A stretch of DNA of 64,000 nt, from assembly GCA_965371785.1 (NCBI GenBank), contig CBDUZS010000001.1, positions 5,297 through 69,296 of the forward strand. The letters run 5' to 3'. Below, one piece after another: positions 49,184 through 59,421 of this stretch. The notes below the pieces were generated by a model. The model saw only the letters and a list, made by a program, of their open reading frames with translations. It made no database searches and was not told where the DNA came from. The DNA is from an uncultured bacterium. Lineage in GTDB: Bacteria; Fermentibacterota; Fermentibacteria; Fermentibacterales; JCC-6. The position numbers and the translations under genes are program-made. Each line of letters begins with the position of its first letter. Position 1 is the first letter of the stretch.

Positions 49184-50206
49184 TCAGAGAGGTGGGTCTT
49201 TCCCGGTTTCCCCTTCCGACAACTCCTCGACGGTACGTGTGCTCACACCTTCCCTGAGAGCTGAAACAAGCCCGGCAATGATGACGGGAATGAACTGTGT
49301 GGCATGGAATATTATTGCCATGACCTTGGCTGAATCACTCTCGATTCCGGTAATTGCAGGAAAGATCACACCCAGAGCGTAATGAACCGTTCCCGTTCCG
49401 GCAGGGGTTGGTATCAGCATCCCGAATCCTGCCAGAACGAGAATGAGTACGGGATAGTACCACCTGAGCTGGAGGCCCAGGCTGAAGAATACGGGCACGA
49501 CGGAGATGACCAGGCAGGCCCAGATGCAGAGCGACAGGAGAGCCACCACAAGAACTTCGGTACGATTCCTGAGAACCTCGAGCCCCTCTGCGAAAGAGGT
49601 CAGTATCGCTTCCACCTTACCGGCAAAACCGTGAAACCTGAAGAGCCTGATTGGAGCAGTGATAACGCCGATCACCTTCTCCCGCCAGATCCGAAGCATG
49701 ATAAGGACCAGCAGGACCACCAGGTACATCGCGGTGGCTGCAACGAAACCGGTGCGGATACCCGAATCGAGCGTGTTCCACATCGCACCAAGGACGCAGA
49801 GAGTCATTGCCGAGAGTGTCAATCCATCGAAAAGCCTGGCAAGAACTACCGTCGCAAAAGATGCCGCTCTGGGAATCCCGGTTTTTCGAGAGAGGAGAAG
49901 AGCCCGCAGGATCTCACCGACTCTCCCGGGGAGCAGCGAATTCACCATGAACCCGGTTACGAGTGGACCCGTTGCAGTCCTGAACGATACTCTCGAAATG
50001 GGACCGAGCAGAATTTTCCATCTGTAGATCCGGAAGACGTAGCTGAGAGCAAGGAATGGCAGAACCGCCAGAAGTGGAAGCCAGGACGTTTCGCCGAAGG
50101 CGGAGAACAGATCCGGCAGATTGGTTTTCCTGAAAGTGAGGAAGAGCGCCAGCGCCGCGATGACGAGGCCGATCGTCACGTTTCTCCAGGTTCTGCCTTT
50201 CAGCAA
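49184..50206 (-). CDS. Lysylphosphatidylglycerol synthase TM-domain (flippase-like) membrane protein
   Basis: RIYRWKILL, NSLLPGRVGEILR, RLFDG, IPTPAGTG. Confidence 0.85.
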   Translation of the reverse strand: MLKGRTWRNVTIGLVIAALALFLTFRKTNLPDLFSAFGETSWLPLLAVLPFLALSYVFRIYRWKILLGPISRVSFRTATGPLVTGFMVNSLLPGRVGEILRALLLSRKTGIPRAASFATVVLARLFDGLTLSAMTLCVLGAMWNTLDSGIRTGFVAATAMYLVVLLVLIMLRIWREKVIGVITAPIRLFRFHGFAGKVEAILTSFAEGLEVLRNRTEVLVVALLSLCIWACLVISVVPVFFSLGLQLRWYYPVLILVLAGFGMLIPTPAGTGTVHYALGVIFPAITGIESDSAKVMAIIFHATQFIPVIIAGLVSALREGVSTRTVEELSEGETGKDPPL

Positions 50207-50781
50207 TCGCAGCCTCCATCGCCAGACGTCATGATCTTCTCGATAGCCCAGCAGATGGAATGGCCCGCAACGAGGATGGCCTCCTGTGAATGGCTCGTCA
50301 GGCTGCTTGGAGATACGAAATGAACATCGGACAGTGCTGCGAGCTCACATGATCTGTTACCGGTCAGCGAAACAACCTTCATTCCAATACTACCGGCTGC
50401 CTTTGCCGCCTCCACGATACTCTCAGAATTTCCGCTGGTCGACAGCGCAAAGAGTACATCATCTTTTCTGCCGAGTGCCTGAACCTGCCTTGCGTAAACC
50501 TCCCTGAACCCGTAATCATTCGCCAACGCGGTGATAACCGCGTTGTCCGCGGTCAGGGCGATCGCCCGGAATCCTTTTCGCTCGAGTCTGAATCGACCCA
50601 CGAGTTCTCCTGCAAAGTGCTGAGCGTCAGCCGCGCTGCCTCCGTTGCCGCAGAAGAAGATCGATCCCCCTCTCTGCAGTGCTTCGACGCAGAGTGTGAC
50701 TGCCTCTCCAATACTCTTCCTGTCAATTGCCTTCACGGCCGCTTCGGCCGCGTTCAGATATTCTTCCAGTGTTTCAGACAA
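50200..50781 (-). CDS. gmhA: D-sedoheptulose 7-phosphate isomerase
   Basis: CGNGGSAADAQHFAGEL, ANDYG, STSGNS, QE...H. Start moved to TTG 50781. Confidence 0.9.
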   Translation of the reverse strand: MSETLEEYLNAAEAAVKAIDRKSIGEAVTLCVEALQRGGSIFFCGNGGSAADAQHFAGELVGRFRLERKGFRAIALTADNAVITALANDYGFREVYARQVQALGRKDDVLFALSTSGNSESIVEAAKAAGSIGMKVVSLTGNRSCELAALSDVHFVSPSSLTSHSQEAILVAGHSICWAIEKIMTSGDGGCDC

Positions 50782-51571
50782 TGTCTTCCATCCACCTTTC
50801 GACAGCATCCCACGCCGGTGGGAGGAGAATGCCCCTGCCAGTGCCAAGGACGGAACAGGCCGGTCTCGGTGCGTCCACTCCCAGCTCCCTCCAGGTAACG
50901 GGAGTGATCCTGCCTTTTCCAAGTATCCTGCTGAGCCCTTCCGCAATACTGAAGGGAGTCATAGCGCCCTGATTCACCAGATGGAAGATACCGGATTCAC
51001 CGTTCCTGACAATGGTTACGATAGCATCAGCCAGGTCGGGAGCATAGGTCAGAGAGGATGTCTGGTCGGTTACGGCCATGACCTCCTGATTCGTCTCGAA
51101 CTTCTTCCAGAATGCCGGAACCAGCCCACTGCATCCTCCGTACAGCCAGGAGGTCCGGACGACAACGTTGCTCGCACCGGCAAGCACAGCCTTCTCTCCA
51201 GATATCTTGCTTCTTGCATATTCGTTAACTGGATCAACCTGTTCGTCTTCCAGTATCGGCAGGCAATCGGTCCTGTTGAATACGTGATCGGTCGAGATGG
51301 TGAGGAGAGAGACTCCCGTCGAGGCTAGAAGGGATACACCGTAAGAGTTCACTTCCATCGCAAGAGAGGGGTTCCTCTCACAGAGGTCTACATCGGAAAG
51401 AGCAGCACAGTTCACTATCCATTCCGGTTTTACGGTGGCAACAAACGAGTCAACCTGCTCCGGGGAGGTGATATCGAGTTCGTTGATATCGACTCCGTAT
51501 ACATCCGTCCCGAACGCATTCAGAACGAAACGCCCGAGCAGTCCGTCACTTCCGGTAACAAGTACTTTCAT
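50774..51571 (-). CDS. rfbD: dTDP-4-dehydrorhamnose reductase
   Basis: VTGSDGLLG, NCAA, ISTDHVF, YARSKISGE, RTSWLYG, APRP. Confidence 0.88.
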   Translation of the reverse strand: MKVLVTGSDGLLGRFVLNAFGTDVYGVDINELDITSPEQVDSFVATVKPEWIVNCAALSDVDLCERNPSLAMEVNSYGVSLLASTGVSLLTISTDHVFNRTDCLPILEDEQVDPVNEYARSKISGEKAVLAGASNVVVRTSWLYGGCSGLVPAFWKKFETNQEVMAVTDQTSSLTYAPDLADAIVTIVRNGESGIFHLVNQGAMTPFSIAEGLSRILGKGRITPVTWRELGVDAPRPACSVLGTGRGILLPPAWDAVERWMEDIV

Positions 51572-51696
51572 CTTCCCTCCGCAGGGAAAATACTCCAAGT
51601 AAAAGCGTTCAGGAACCCTTGTGCCGTCTCTTCCGGTAAAGAAGCCCCCGGGAGTTTTCCAGGGGAGGATTTTCGAGTATTCTTGCAGGACGATTC

Positions 51697-52236
51697 ATGC
51701 TCGGAGGGTCCTTCGAACAGGTACAGCTATCGACCAGCGGAGATTCTGAGAGTATCGTGGAGCCTGCAAAGGCACCGGGGGGAAGGAAGCGATTGAGGAC
51801 CTGTACCAGGATCAGCATCCTCAGCATAGCATTTTGTTTGATAACCGGTTCCGTTGAAGGAAATTCTTCGGAAGCCCTCTACAGGCTTGGACTGGTCACC
51901 GAGAGGCTGTTGGAAATAGGCGAGGAGATGCTCGGGGATCCGGTTTCCGGAACCATCGTTCTCGGGGACACCGTGAGCATTCGAATAGACTTTGCCACCG
52001 AATACTCCTACCACATTCACATCTGGACGGATTCGATCTTCAACGTACTCAGATTCTGGATCAATTCTCCCGATAGTTCACTCGAAAACTCTGCGCAGGG
52101 TGATCACACGGCTCTTGTAGTATTCCCTGACATGCCGGGCGAACACATACTCTACATCGAGATGATCGAGGGATGGGATTCGGATTCAGCAGGATATGCT
52201 GCGGCGCTCTTCAGGTACAGGAGACAGACGCTCTGA
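51697..52236 (+). CDS. Hypothetical exported protein (start uncertain)
   Basis: Fills the gap between opposite-strand genes; signal-like ISILSIAFCLITG segment. Confidence 0.5.
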   Translation: MLGGSFEQVQLSTSGDSESIVEPAKAPGGRKRLRTCTRISILSIAFCLITGSVEGNSSEALYRLGLVTERLLEIGEEMLGDPVSGTIVLGDTVSIRIDFATEYSYHIHIWTDSIFNVLRFWINSPDSSLENSAQGDHTALVVFPDMPGEHILYIEMIEGWDSDSAGYAAALFRYRRQTL

Positions 52237-52860
52237 TTTCCGGGGAACAATTTCCAGGATCGTTTTCTGCGGCAGCAGTTCGAAGGCTTTCTGCTCCGAA
52301 CGGAATGCTTCGATAACCAAGATCACAGCCGGCTGCCCGTTTTCGCCGACGGGTTGAAGGCTGCATGGATTCAGACCGGTAGCACTGCACCCGGTGAGTA
52401 TCCTGCAGAGTTCAGCAGGTCGATTCACCATCACCATTCGTCCACCCATTCTGAGCAGATGAGATGCCGAGCGGAGGAATTCGTAAATCAGAAGGTCGTC
52501 ACCGCTTCTGGCAACGCTTCTCTCGGACTCGGGAGAAACCCTGCCCCGTTCGGAAACGTTGTAAGGCGGATTCATGAGAACAAGGTCTGCACAGCCCTCG
52601 GGAAAAACCTTCGTGACGTCCTCTACGAGACAGCAGACAGGATTGTATTGGAGTTCCGGATGCCTTGCGGCAGCATCCTTCGAGCGCAGAAGAGCTTCGT
52701 ATCGGCAATCGATTCCGGTCCACCTGCAACCGCTATTGGCAAGATGAGCCTCGATAATCGCACCACCCGCACCCGACCCGAGCTCGAACACTATGGAGCC
52801 TGCTTCCAGACCGGTCACTGAAGCGGCAAGGACAAGAGTGTCCGATGTGATCTCACTCAT
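52186..52860 (-). CDS. SAM methyltransferase, YfiC/TrmM-like (tRNA A37 N6)
   Basis: DTLVLA, ELGSGAG, DLVLMNPPY, VAR, RPAEL. Start moved to ATG 52860. Confidence 0.75.
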   Translation of the reverse strand: MSEITSDTLVLAASVTGLEAGSIVFELGSGAGGAIIEAHLANSGCRWTGIDCRYEALLRSKDAAARHPELQYNPVCCLVEDVTKVFPEGCADLVLMNPPYNVSERGRVSPESERSVARSGDDLLIYEFLRSASHLLRMGGRMVMVNRPAELCRILTGCSATGLNPCSLQPVGENGQPAVILVIEAFRSEQKAFELLPQKTILEIVPRKSERLSPVPEERRSISC

Positions 52861-52879
52861 GGGGAAATTCCCGATGTGC

Positions 52880-53491
52880 TCACCTGTAGTTGGCCTTGGC
52901 GACCCCCCATGTGAAGAGTGTGTCGCCAGAGGATTCGAGCCTGTAATCCTCCCACACGCGGATGGACCACAGACCGTAGTCACTCTCGATAAGATGGATC
53001 TTCGCATAGCCAATTGCGGGAGAATCCCAGCCGCAGTACTCGCTGCTTGCAACGACGATCTCGTATTCGCGGTACATGATCGTGGAATCACTGGGTGCCG
53101 TATCGTCAGGATAATCGGGCATGACGATGAGGTCCATCGAGACAAGGCTGTCTTCCGGATAGCTGCCCCCCGCGGAGATGGCAATCCCGAATACGGTATC
53201 CATGACGTTGTACTCGACTGAATAATCCCAGTTGCTGAACTCGAGCCAGCCGCCGTAATAGAGGGTGTCCTGCGGATCTGCCTGAAAAACGTACGTGGAA
53301 TCGAAACACTGCATGTAGGTAATGTTGTGAGCCTCGAACGTGCTTTTCAGGTTGGCAAGAACTGCGGATGGGAAGTAGGGGTCATACCACTGGTAAGATG
53401 GCTCCTCCGGATACTCTGGTATCCGTGGTTCGAAGAAGGAGCACGCCAGGGGAATCAGGAGAACGAGACCCAGGAGATACAGTTTCCGCAT
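52880..53491 (-). CDS. Lipoprotein, NTF2-like, ending TWGVAKANYR
   Basis: Lipobox PLAC; FEPRIPEYP; AVLANLKSTF; WSIRVWED. Confidence 0.75.
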   Translation of the reverse strand: MRKLYLLGLVLLIPLACSFFEPRIPEYPEEPSYQWYDPYFPSAVLANLKSTFEAHNITYMQCFDSTYVFQADPQDTLYYGGWLEFSNWDYSVEYNVMDTVFGIAISAGGSYPEDSLVSMDLIVMPDYPDDTAPSDSTIMYREYEIVVASSEYCGWDSPAIGYAKIHLIESDYGLWSIRVWEDYRLESSGDTLFTWGVAKANYR

Positions 53492-53507
53492 TTTTCCTCC
53501 ATCAACC

Positions 53508-55331
53508 TCAGAACAGGTAATTGAATCCAATCGTGGCCCTCCAGTAGCTCGGGCGGCTTGCTTTAGAGTAAAAAGTCCTGGTGATCTGAATCTGAAGGGT
53601 ACCGGACGACATCGACATACTGGTTCTCAGCCCCACATGATGGAGGTGTTCGATCTTCGGGTCAAGCATTTCGTTACCAGGATAGGCTCTTTTCGAGTAT
53701 TCCCAGGAGTAGCTCGGTGTAACTCCCAGATCGTGGGAGATATGGAATCCACCGAAAAGTGAGATAGTGTTGTTCAGGCTCTCCTCGGATCTCGAGTAAA
53801 CTGCATTCTCGTAGCTGCCCTGATCCTGAAAGCGGAACTTATGTGAAATCCCCAGCCGCGTACTGTCGCTGGCAACTCTCTGCAGCGAGAAGAGCGATGT
53901 CACGTTTCTGAAGAGCAGGTCGCTGCCTGATGTACTGACGGATGGAAACAGGAAGGTTGTGTAGTCAGCGCTGAATTTGACCGAACTGTCGATCTTCCAG
54001 AGCTCCCCCAGATCGTAGGAGAAACCGGGAACAAAGCTGTAAACGGATGAGGTTTTGCTGTTTCCGGACTGCTCGGCCATGAGGTAGTTGATCTCCCTCT
54101 GCTGACCACTGAGTGTGCCTTTGAGGGTAAGCCTCGAATCCAGAGGTATCTCTACGGTCATTCCCAGTACTTCGCGAAGTTCATCTCTATCGCTGTTGTC
54201 AGTGTATTCGTTACCCCAGCTATCGAACCAGGATCCGTAGGTGTCGTATCGGTACAACTCGATTACCCGTGTGAACGAAATCCTGCTTTCTCCCGGTGAG
54301 TAGGTCAGCGTTGCAGTCAGGTTCCGATCATCGATTACATCGTAGATACCCGAGAGTGTATCGACACCGGTACCCTGACGCCATCTGTCAGTCCTCGAGA
54401 TATCCCGCGAGATCGAGAAATCCAGATCCAGGTTCTCGAGAATATCCCACCTGATACTGGAGTATACGTTCCTGTCTGCGTCCTTCCGGTCACGTACGTC
54501 TCCGCCAAGGCTGTCGGTTTCAGTTTCCTCCCAGAACCTCGAAGTGTATGACCATCCGGTCCCCACCTCTATGGCGATATCGGGGAGGAACTCGGGCAGA
54601 ACGAAACTTTCATTATGGTTCCAGCTGTCTTCGCGGTGCGTGGTAAGAGAATCAGCGTAATGGACGAAGTTCTTTCTGGCTCCGACCTGGACACTGAGAT
54701 AGCCACCGTCGAAGATCATTTCCGGAAAACCGTAGTTCATCCTTACCATAAGATTGTCTGCACCTGTATCGGTCTGGTCTCCGTAGGTTCTATCCTCTGA
54801 GAAGGATATACTGGTGCTGACAAGATCAAGAATATTTCTGTTCAGCGATATCGAAGCGTTACGTACTGCACCGTCGTCATACTTCGTTGCAATCGTATCT
54901 CCTGATGCATACCTCGAATCATAGAAATGGACACCCAGACCGAGATCCAGAGAAAGCCAGTCCATGGGCCAGTAGCGGATCTCACCTGTTGCGGTATCAT
55001 CCACCTTGTTCTGCACCATACTGCCGAACCTGTCCTCCATGTTGATCGATCGCCTGAGAGACGTGGCGAACTCGATCTCAGTGGTCGGCTTCCAGGTGAT
55101 TCTGGCCGTACCGTTTCTGTTATCCGTGAACCGATCCAGGTCGTCGCTCCTGTTGGCAGTGAAACTCGCATTGAGGCTGAGTGACACTCTTTCGGATATC
55201 TGTTGATTGAACGAGAAACTGTTGGTCAGAGCTCTGGTGTCCTTGTACTGGGTAAGATCTACACTGTAGTTGATGTTGTATCCCGACGAAACAGCAGCCA
55301 GAAAAGGCCAGAGAAGCAGGAGTCGTTTCAT
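53508..55331 (-). CDS. Large outer-membrane beta-barrel protein
   Basis: Signal peptide, extensive alternating strands, terminal FNYLF. Confidence 0.72.
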   Translation of the reverse strand: MKRLLLLWPFLAAVSSGYNINYSVDLTQYKDTRALTNSFSFNQQISERVSLSLNASFTANRSDDLDRFTDNRNGTARITWKPTTEIEFATSLRRSINMEDRFGSMVQNKVDDTATGEIRYWPMDWLSLDLGLGVHFYDSRYASGDTIATKYDDGAVRNASISLNRNILDLVSTSISFSEDRTYGDQTDTGADNLMVRMNYGFPEMIFDGGYLSVQVGARKNFVHYADSLTTHREDSWNHNESFVLPEFLPDIAIEVGTGWSYTSRFWEETETDSLGGDVRDRKDADRNVYSSIRWDILENLDLDFSISRDISRTDRWRQGTGVDTLSGIYDVIDDRNLTATLTYSPGESRISFTRVIELYRYDTYGSWFDSWGNEYTDNSDRDELREVLGMTVEIPLDSRLTLKGTLSGQQREINYLMAEQSGNSKTSSVYSFVPGFSYDLGELWKIDSSVKFSADYTTFLFPSVSTSGSDLLFRNVTSLFSLQRVASDSTRLGISHKFRFQDQGSYENAVYSRSEESLNNTISLFGGFHISHDLGVTPSYSWEYSKRAYPGNEMLDPKIEHLHHVGLRTSMSMSSGTLQIQITRTFYSKASRPSYWRATIGFNYLF

Positions 55332-56152
55332 CTATCTATCACCATGGCAAGCCTGGCGAAGGCTTCGGGTGCGATCTGCTCCGCTCTGAGCAGACCGTCA
55401 ATCCCGGCTGAGCGCAGATAGTCTGCTGCCGTCTCCCGACCGAATACCGCAGCAAGATTGTTGAGTATGATCTTCCTCCTCGAGGAAAACGAGATCTTCA
55501 CGAGCTTCCTGTAGGTTTCGAAAAGCTTCTGACTCACCAGGGGATTCGTGCGCCTGGTAAGAACGATCACTCTAGATTCCACCCTTGGCGGTGGATAAAA
55601 GTCTCCCGAGCCAACGTCAAGAAGCACTCTCACGGAGAACCGGGGCCAGAGCTGAAGTGAGAGTCGCCCATAGTCCTTTCCACCGTCCAGTGTCTCCACT
55701 CTGACCGCGACTTCCTTCTGCAGCATGAACACAGCCTTCCTTACCGGGTCGAAGCCCGGTTCGAGAAGTCTGAGCAGTGCAGGGGAGGAAATCGAATAGG
55801 GCAGGTTTCCAGCTAGGGAGGTAAACGGGTATCCTGGAAGATCCACAGGGTCGATTTTCAGAAAATCTGAGTTCACTACCCGCAATCTCTCCGCTCCGAA
55901 TCTCTCTGAAAGGTATCTGCACATCTTCAAAGATATCTCAACTGCCGTGACCGACCGGCAAACGGTAAGGAGTTCAGCCGTAAGGGCACCGAGTCCGGGA
56001 CCTATCTCGAGGAGATTCTCCCGGGGGCCTGGAGCAGCCTCGAGTGCTATTCTCCCGGCAGCGAGTCTGTTCAGCAGAAAGGTCTGCCCCAGACGTTTGT
56101 CAGGGGTTACTCCTACATCACGGAGGAGCCTTCTGATCTCTGAGTGATTCAA
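55328..56152 (-). CDS. rsmA: 16S rRNA adenine dimethyltransferase
   Basis: KRLGQTFL, LEIGPGLGALT, GNLPYSISS, MLQKEVA, FYPPPRVES, RAEQI. Confidence 0.93.
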   Translation of the reverse strand: MNHSEIRRLLRDVGVTPDKRLGQTFLLNRLAAGRIALEAAPGPRENLLEIGPGLGALTAELLTVCRSVTAVEISLKMCRYLSERFGAERLRVVNSDFLKIDPVDLPGYPFTSLAGNLPYSISSPALLRLLEPGFDPVRKAVFMLQKEVAVRVETLDGGKDYGRLSLQLWPRFSVRVLLDVGSGDFYPPPRVESRVIVLTRRTNPLVSQKLFETYRKLVKISFSSRRKIILNNLAAVFGRETAADYLRSAGIDGLLRAEQIAPEAFARLAMVIDR

Positions 56153-56155
56153 GAC

Positions 56156-57523
56156 CTAACCCCTGATCCGGAAAGGCAGACCGAGTTCCCCGGCAAGGTT
56201 TTCAGCCCCCGTGAGATCCACACCGGGATACCTCACCGCGGTGAGCGTGGTCTGACAGCCTGTCCGATTCGAAAGCGAGATGAATCTCAGAAGAGAACTC
56301 CATGGATCCTGATATCCTGTTCTGCATATTTTATCGTAACCCTTTGCAGATGATTCGTTGAGACTCACGCTTACCTGGTCGAAACAGCCAAGCATTTTCC
56401 GAACTTTCCGTTCGTTCATGAGTTCGAGTGCAAGGCCGTTTGTATCGAGACGGGTCCTGTAGCCCTTTCTCCTGGCAATCGATGCCAGTTCCACAAGAAG
56501 ATCTCCCCGCTGCGTGGGTTCACCGAATCCGCAGAAAACCAGCTCATCGAACCACCCGGGCTCGAGCAGTTCGAAACAGGCTTTGAGTCGATCTGACGCA
56601 GGCTCCTCCCGGTGCTTCAGATAGTATCCGCCCACGCCGTCCTGTCTGAATCTCAGGCAGAAAATACAATCGCAGTTGCATCTGCCCGTAATGTTTGCAT
56701 AGAGGCTGTTCCCGAGTCTGTAAAGGAGGTCAGTGCGTCTGCATCCGGGTGCAAGCAGGAGCGCATCGAGTGAGTTCCGCCAGAGCAGTGATCGAGCTTC
56801 CGCCCGTGACAGACCCCTGGATGAGGCGACTGCATCCGCTACGAGCCCCACTCTGGCCGGTTCGTTTCCTCTTCCTCTGAAAGGTTCGGGAGAAAGCCAT
56901 GGACTGTCGGTCTCGACCAGAATCCGATCCGCGGGAAGCAGTCTGACAAGCTCTCTCAGCTCGTCGTTGCGTTTGTACGTGAGGGGACCGGCGAAACCTA
57001 TGTAGTAGCCCCTGGCGACTGCCTTCAAAGCAATTTCCTGCGGACCCGTGTAACAATGGAAAATAACCGGCACGTCCAGATCGGTCGGCAGCTCCTCCAG
57101 AAGCCTCTCTTCAGCACTTCTCGAGTGGAGAACGAGTGGATAGCCGAGATCTCCCGCCAGAGCCGTATGGAGGTGAAGCCACTCGATCTGCGCAGGCAGA
57201 GTGGAATGATCATGATAGCAGTCAAGCCCGGTTTCCCCGACTGCGATCACTCCCGGCTCCAGAAGCAGTCTCTTCAGTTCTCCGAGTGTTTCATCACCAC
57301 AGCCGGACACGTTCGTCGGTTGTATTCCCGCAGCCGCCCAGACACCTTCGTACTGCGCGGCAAGCCTGGCGGCAGTCCGGCTGGAGGTGATATCGATCCC
57401 CGGAACAAGGAACTGCCCTACTCCAGACCGGCGGGCTCTTGCAAGCACTCCTTCAGTGTTCCCCTGGAAATCTCCGGAATAGAGATGGCAGTGCGTGTCG
57501 AACAGGGGTTCAGTTTCGTTCAC
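56156..57523 (-). CDS. tatD: TatD-family hydrolase fused to a TatD-associated radical SAM domain
   Basis: DTHCHL, VGETGLD, LHSR, FHCY, ETDSPWL; then YANITGRCNCDCIFC and VFCGFGEPT. Confidence 0.88.
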   Translation of the reverse strand: MNETEPLFDTHCHLYSGDFQGNTEGVLARARRSGVGQFLVPGIDITSSRTAARLAAQYEGVWAAAGIQPTNVSGCGDETLGELKRLLLEPGVIAVGETGLDCYHDHSTLPAQIEWLHLHTALAGDLGYPLVLHSRSAEERLLEELPTDLDVPVIFHCYTGPQEIALKAVARGYYIGFAGPLTYKRNDELRELVRLLPADRILVETDSPWLSPEPFRGRGNEPARVGLVADAVASSRGLSRAEARSLLWRNSLDALLLAPGCRRTDLLYRLGNSLYANITGRCNCDCIFCLRFRQDGVGGYYLKHREEPASDRLKACFELLEPGWFDELVFCGFGEPTQRGDLLVELASIARRKGYRTRLDTNGLALELMNERKVRKMLGCFDQVSVSLNESSAKGYDKICRTGYQDPWSSLLRFISLSNRTGCQTTLTAVRYPGVDLTGAENLAGELGLPFRIRG

Positions 57524-57550
57524 AGGTTATCTCGAAACCAGGAGATTGGG

Positions 57551-58828
57551 TTACCTCCAGATGATGTCTTCTCTCCCAGGACCGGTTGACACAGCCCTGA
57601 CTGGAACACCTGCCAGTCTCTCGATGAGCTGGACGTAGTTCTTTGCGTTGACGGGAAGCCTGTCCCAGCTCTGTTCACCGGCGATATCCTCTTTCCAGCC
57701 GGGAAACGTTTCGTACACGGGGCGGTGCATACCCATGCGCTCTCCCGTCTCGAATATCGACAGGCTTACTTCCGGGTCGAGCTCGTACTTCGTGCACACC
57801 ATCAGTTCAGGTATCCCGGAGAGTACGTCGAGAAGGGTAACAGCAATCCAGCTGCAGCCGTTCAGTCTGGCACTGTATCCGGCAAGCACACCGTCAAACC
57901 ACCCGCATCGCCGTGGTCTGCCTGTCGTAGTACCGAATTCGTTACCCCGGGTTCGGATCAGTTCCCCGATTTCGTTGTCCTGCTCGGTTGGGAAAGGGCC
58001 CTGGCCAACACGCGAACAGTAGGCTTTTACGACACCGACGACTTCGTCGATTCGAGTGGGTCCGATTCCGAGGCTGGTACAGGCAGAGCTGGAAACACAT
58101 GAACCACATGTAACGAAAGGGTACGTTCCATGGTCAGGATCGAGGAGAGAGCCCTGGGCACCTTCCGCTATAATGGTTAATCCATCATCAAGATACCTGT
58201 TCAGGACCATTGAGATGTCAGCCGAGTACTCGACAAGCCAGAGTGCTTCGCCGATAAACCGATCTACCTCATCCCGCAGCTCACTGGATTCATCCTGCGA
58301 TGGCTTCATCGTTTCGAAAAACAGATCTGTATGGAAAGCAACTTTCCTCTCGAATACCGAGCGGCATGCCGCGTCTTCGAGGCGGATTCCACGTCTCCTG
58401 TACTTCTCGACGTAAGATGGCCCGATTCCCTTTCCAGTGGTGCCGATTGCGTCATCACCGCGAAGGCGTTCGTCAGCTTTATCGAGATGCATGTACGCGG
58501 GATGGACCAGATGAACCTTGCCGGAGATCATGAACCGGCCCTCTATGCTGATCCCGGACTGCTCGAGAAGCTTCACTTCCTCTGCAAGCCCGATGGGATC
58601 GATAACACATCCGCAGCCGATCACTCCCGTTACATCTTCCCTGAGCAACCCCGTAGGCAGCTGATGCAGAGCAAACTTGCCAGTGCCGGTGTCAACCGTG
58701 TGCCCTGCGTTGGCTCCGCCAGAGAACCGGGCAACCACATCTGCCGAGCCGGAAAGGTTGTCAACAATTTTTCCCTTGCCTTCATCACCCCACTGGAGAC
58801 CGACTACGATACTTGCTGGCATGTCCAA
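57551..58828 (-). CDS. purA: Adenylosuccinate synthetase
   Basis: QWGDEGKGK, GGANAGHT, IGTTGKGIGP, EGAQG, GTTTGRPRRCGW. Confidence 0.96.
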   Translation of the reverse strand: MDMPASIVVGLQWGDEGKGKIVDNLSGSADVVARFSGGANAGHTVDTGTGKFALHQLPTGLLREDVTGVIGCGCVIDPIGLAEEVKLLEQSGISIEGRFMISGKVHLVHPAYMHLDKADERLRGDDAIGTTGKGIGPSYVEKYRRRGIRLEDAACRSVFERKVAFHTDLFFETMKPSQDESSELRDEVDRFIGEALWLVEYSADISMVLNRYLDDGLTIIAEGAQGSLLDPDHGTYPFVTCGSCVSSSACTSLGIGPTRIDEVVGVVKAYCSRVGQGPFPTEQDNEIGELIRTRGNEFGTTTGRPRRCGWFDGVLAGYSARLNGCSWIAVTLLDVLSGIPELMVCTKYELDPEVSLSIFETGERMGMHRPVYETFPGWKEDIAGEQSWDRLPVNAKNYVQLIERLAGVPVRAVSTGPGREDIIWR

Positions 58829-58851
58829 GTACCTTTCCTGGTTCTAACCCT

Positions 58852-59421
58852 TTAAACTGCTATGGCTTTTAGAAGCCACTTCCTGAGTTCCTGAACACCT
58901 GCACCCGTTTTCGAGGAAACCACGATTACCGGACCCATATCACCCGCAGTCCGGGATGTCTGAGACAGTTTTCCTCTCTTCAGCTTATCCGATTTGGTCA
59001 GGGCGATAACGTATGGCCGCCCTCTGGTCCTTAGATACTCGGACATCTCCGCATCGCTCTCCAGCTCCGGGTGCCGCGAGTCGACGAGGAGAACCACCCC
59101 TCTCAGAGTTGCTCGTTCTTCGAGGTAGGCACTTATCCAGTCCGACCAGGATCTTCGAAGACGTTCCGGAGCTTTGGCGTACCCGTACCCCGGAAGGTCA
59201 ACCAGATAGAACTCTCCGCCTGCGGAATAGAGATTCAGGTACTGGGTGCAGCCAGGTCTGCAACTCGTTCTGGCAATGTCTCTGCCCTCCGTAAGTATGT
59301 TGAGAAGCGAAGACTTGCCGACATTCGATCTTCCGATGAACGCAACTTCGGGAAGTCCGTCATTGGGAAGATATTCCGGTCCGGGACAACTCCTGACAAA
59401 TGTGGCTCGAAGTTTTTTCAT
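58852..59421 (-). CDS. engB: Ribosome biogenesis GTPase YihA/EngB
   Basis: GRSNVGKSS, DLPGYGYA, TKSDKL. Confidence 0.93.
   Translation of the reverse strand: MKKLRATFVRSCPGPEYLPNDGLPEVAFIGRSNVGKSSLLNILTEGRDIARTSCRPGCTQYLNLYSAGGEFYLVDLPGYGYAKAPERLRRSWSDWISAYLEERATLRGVVLLVDSRHPELESDAEMSEYLRTRGRPYVIALTKSDKLKRGKLSQTSRTAGDMGPVIVVSSKTGAGVQELRKWLLKAIAV

Noticed and set aside
52186-52236. 51-bp convergent overlap of two genes
   Set aside because: Short 3' overlaps are ordinary in compact genomes.
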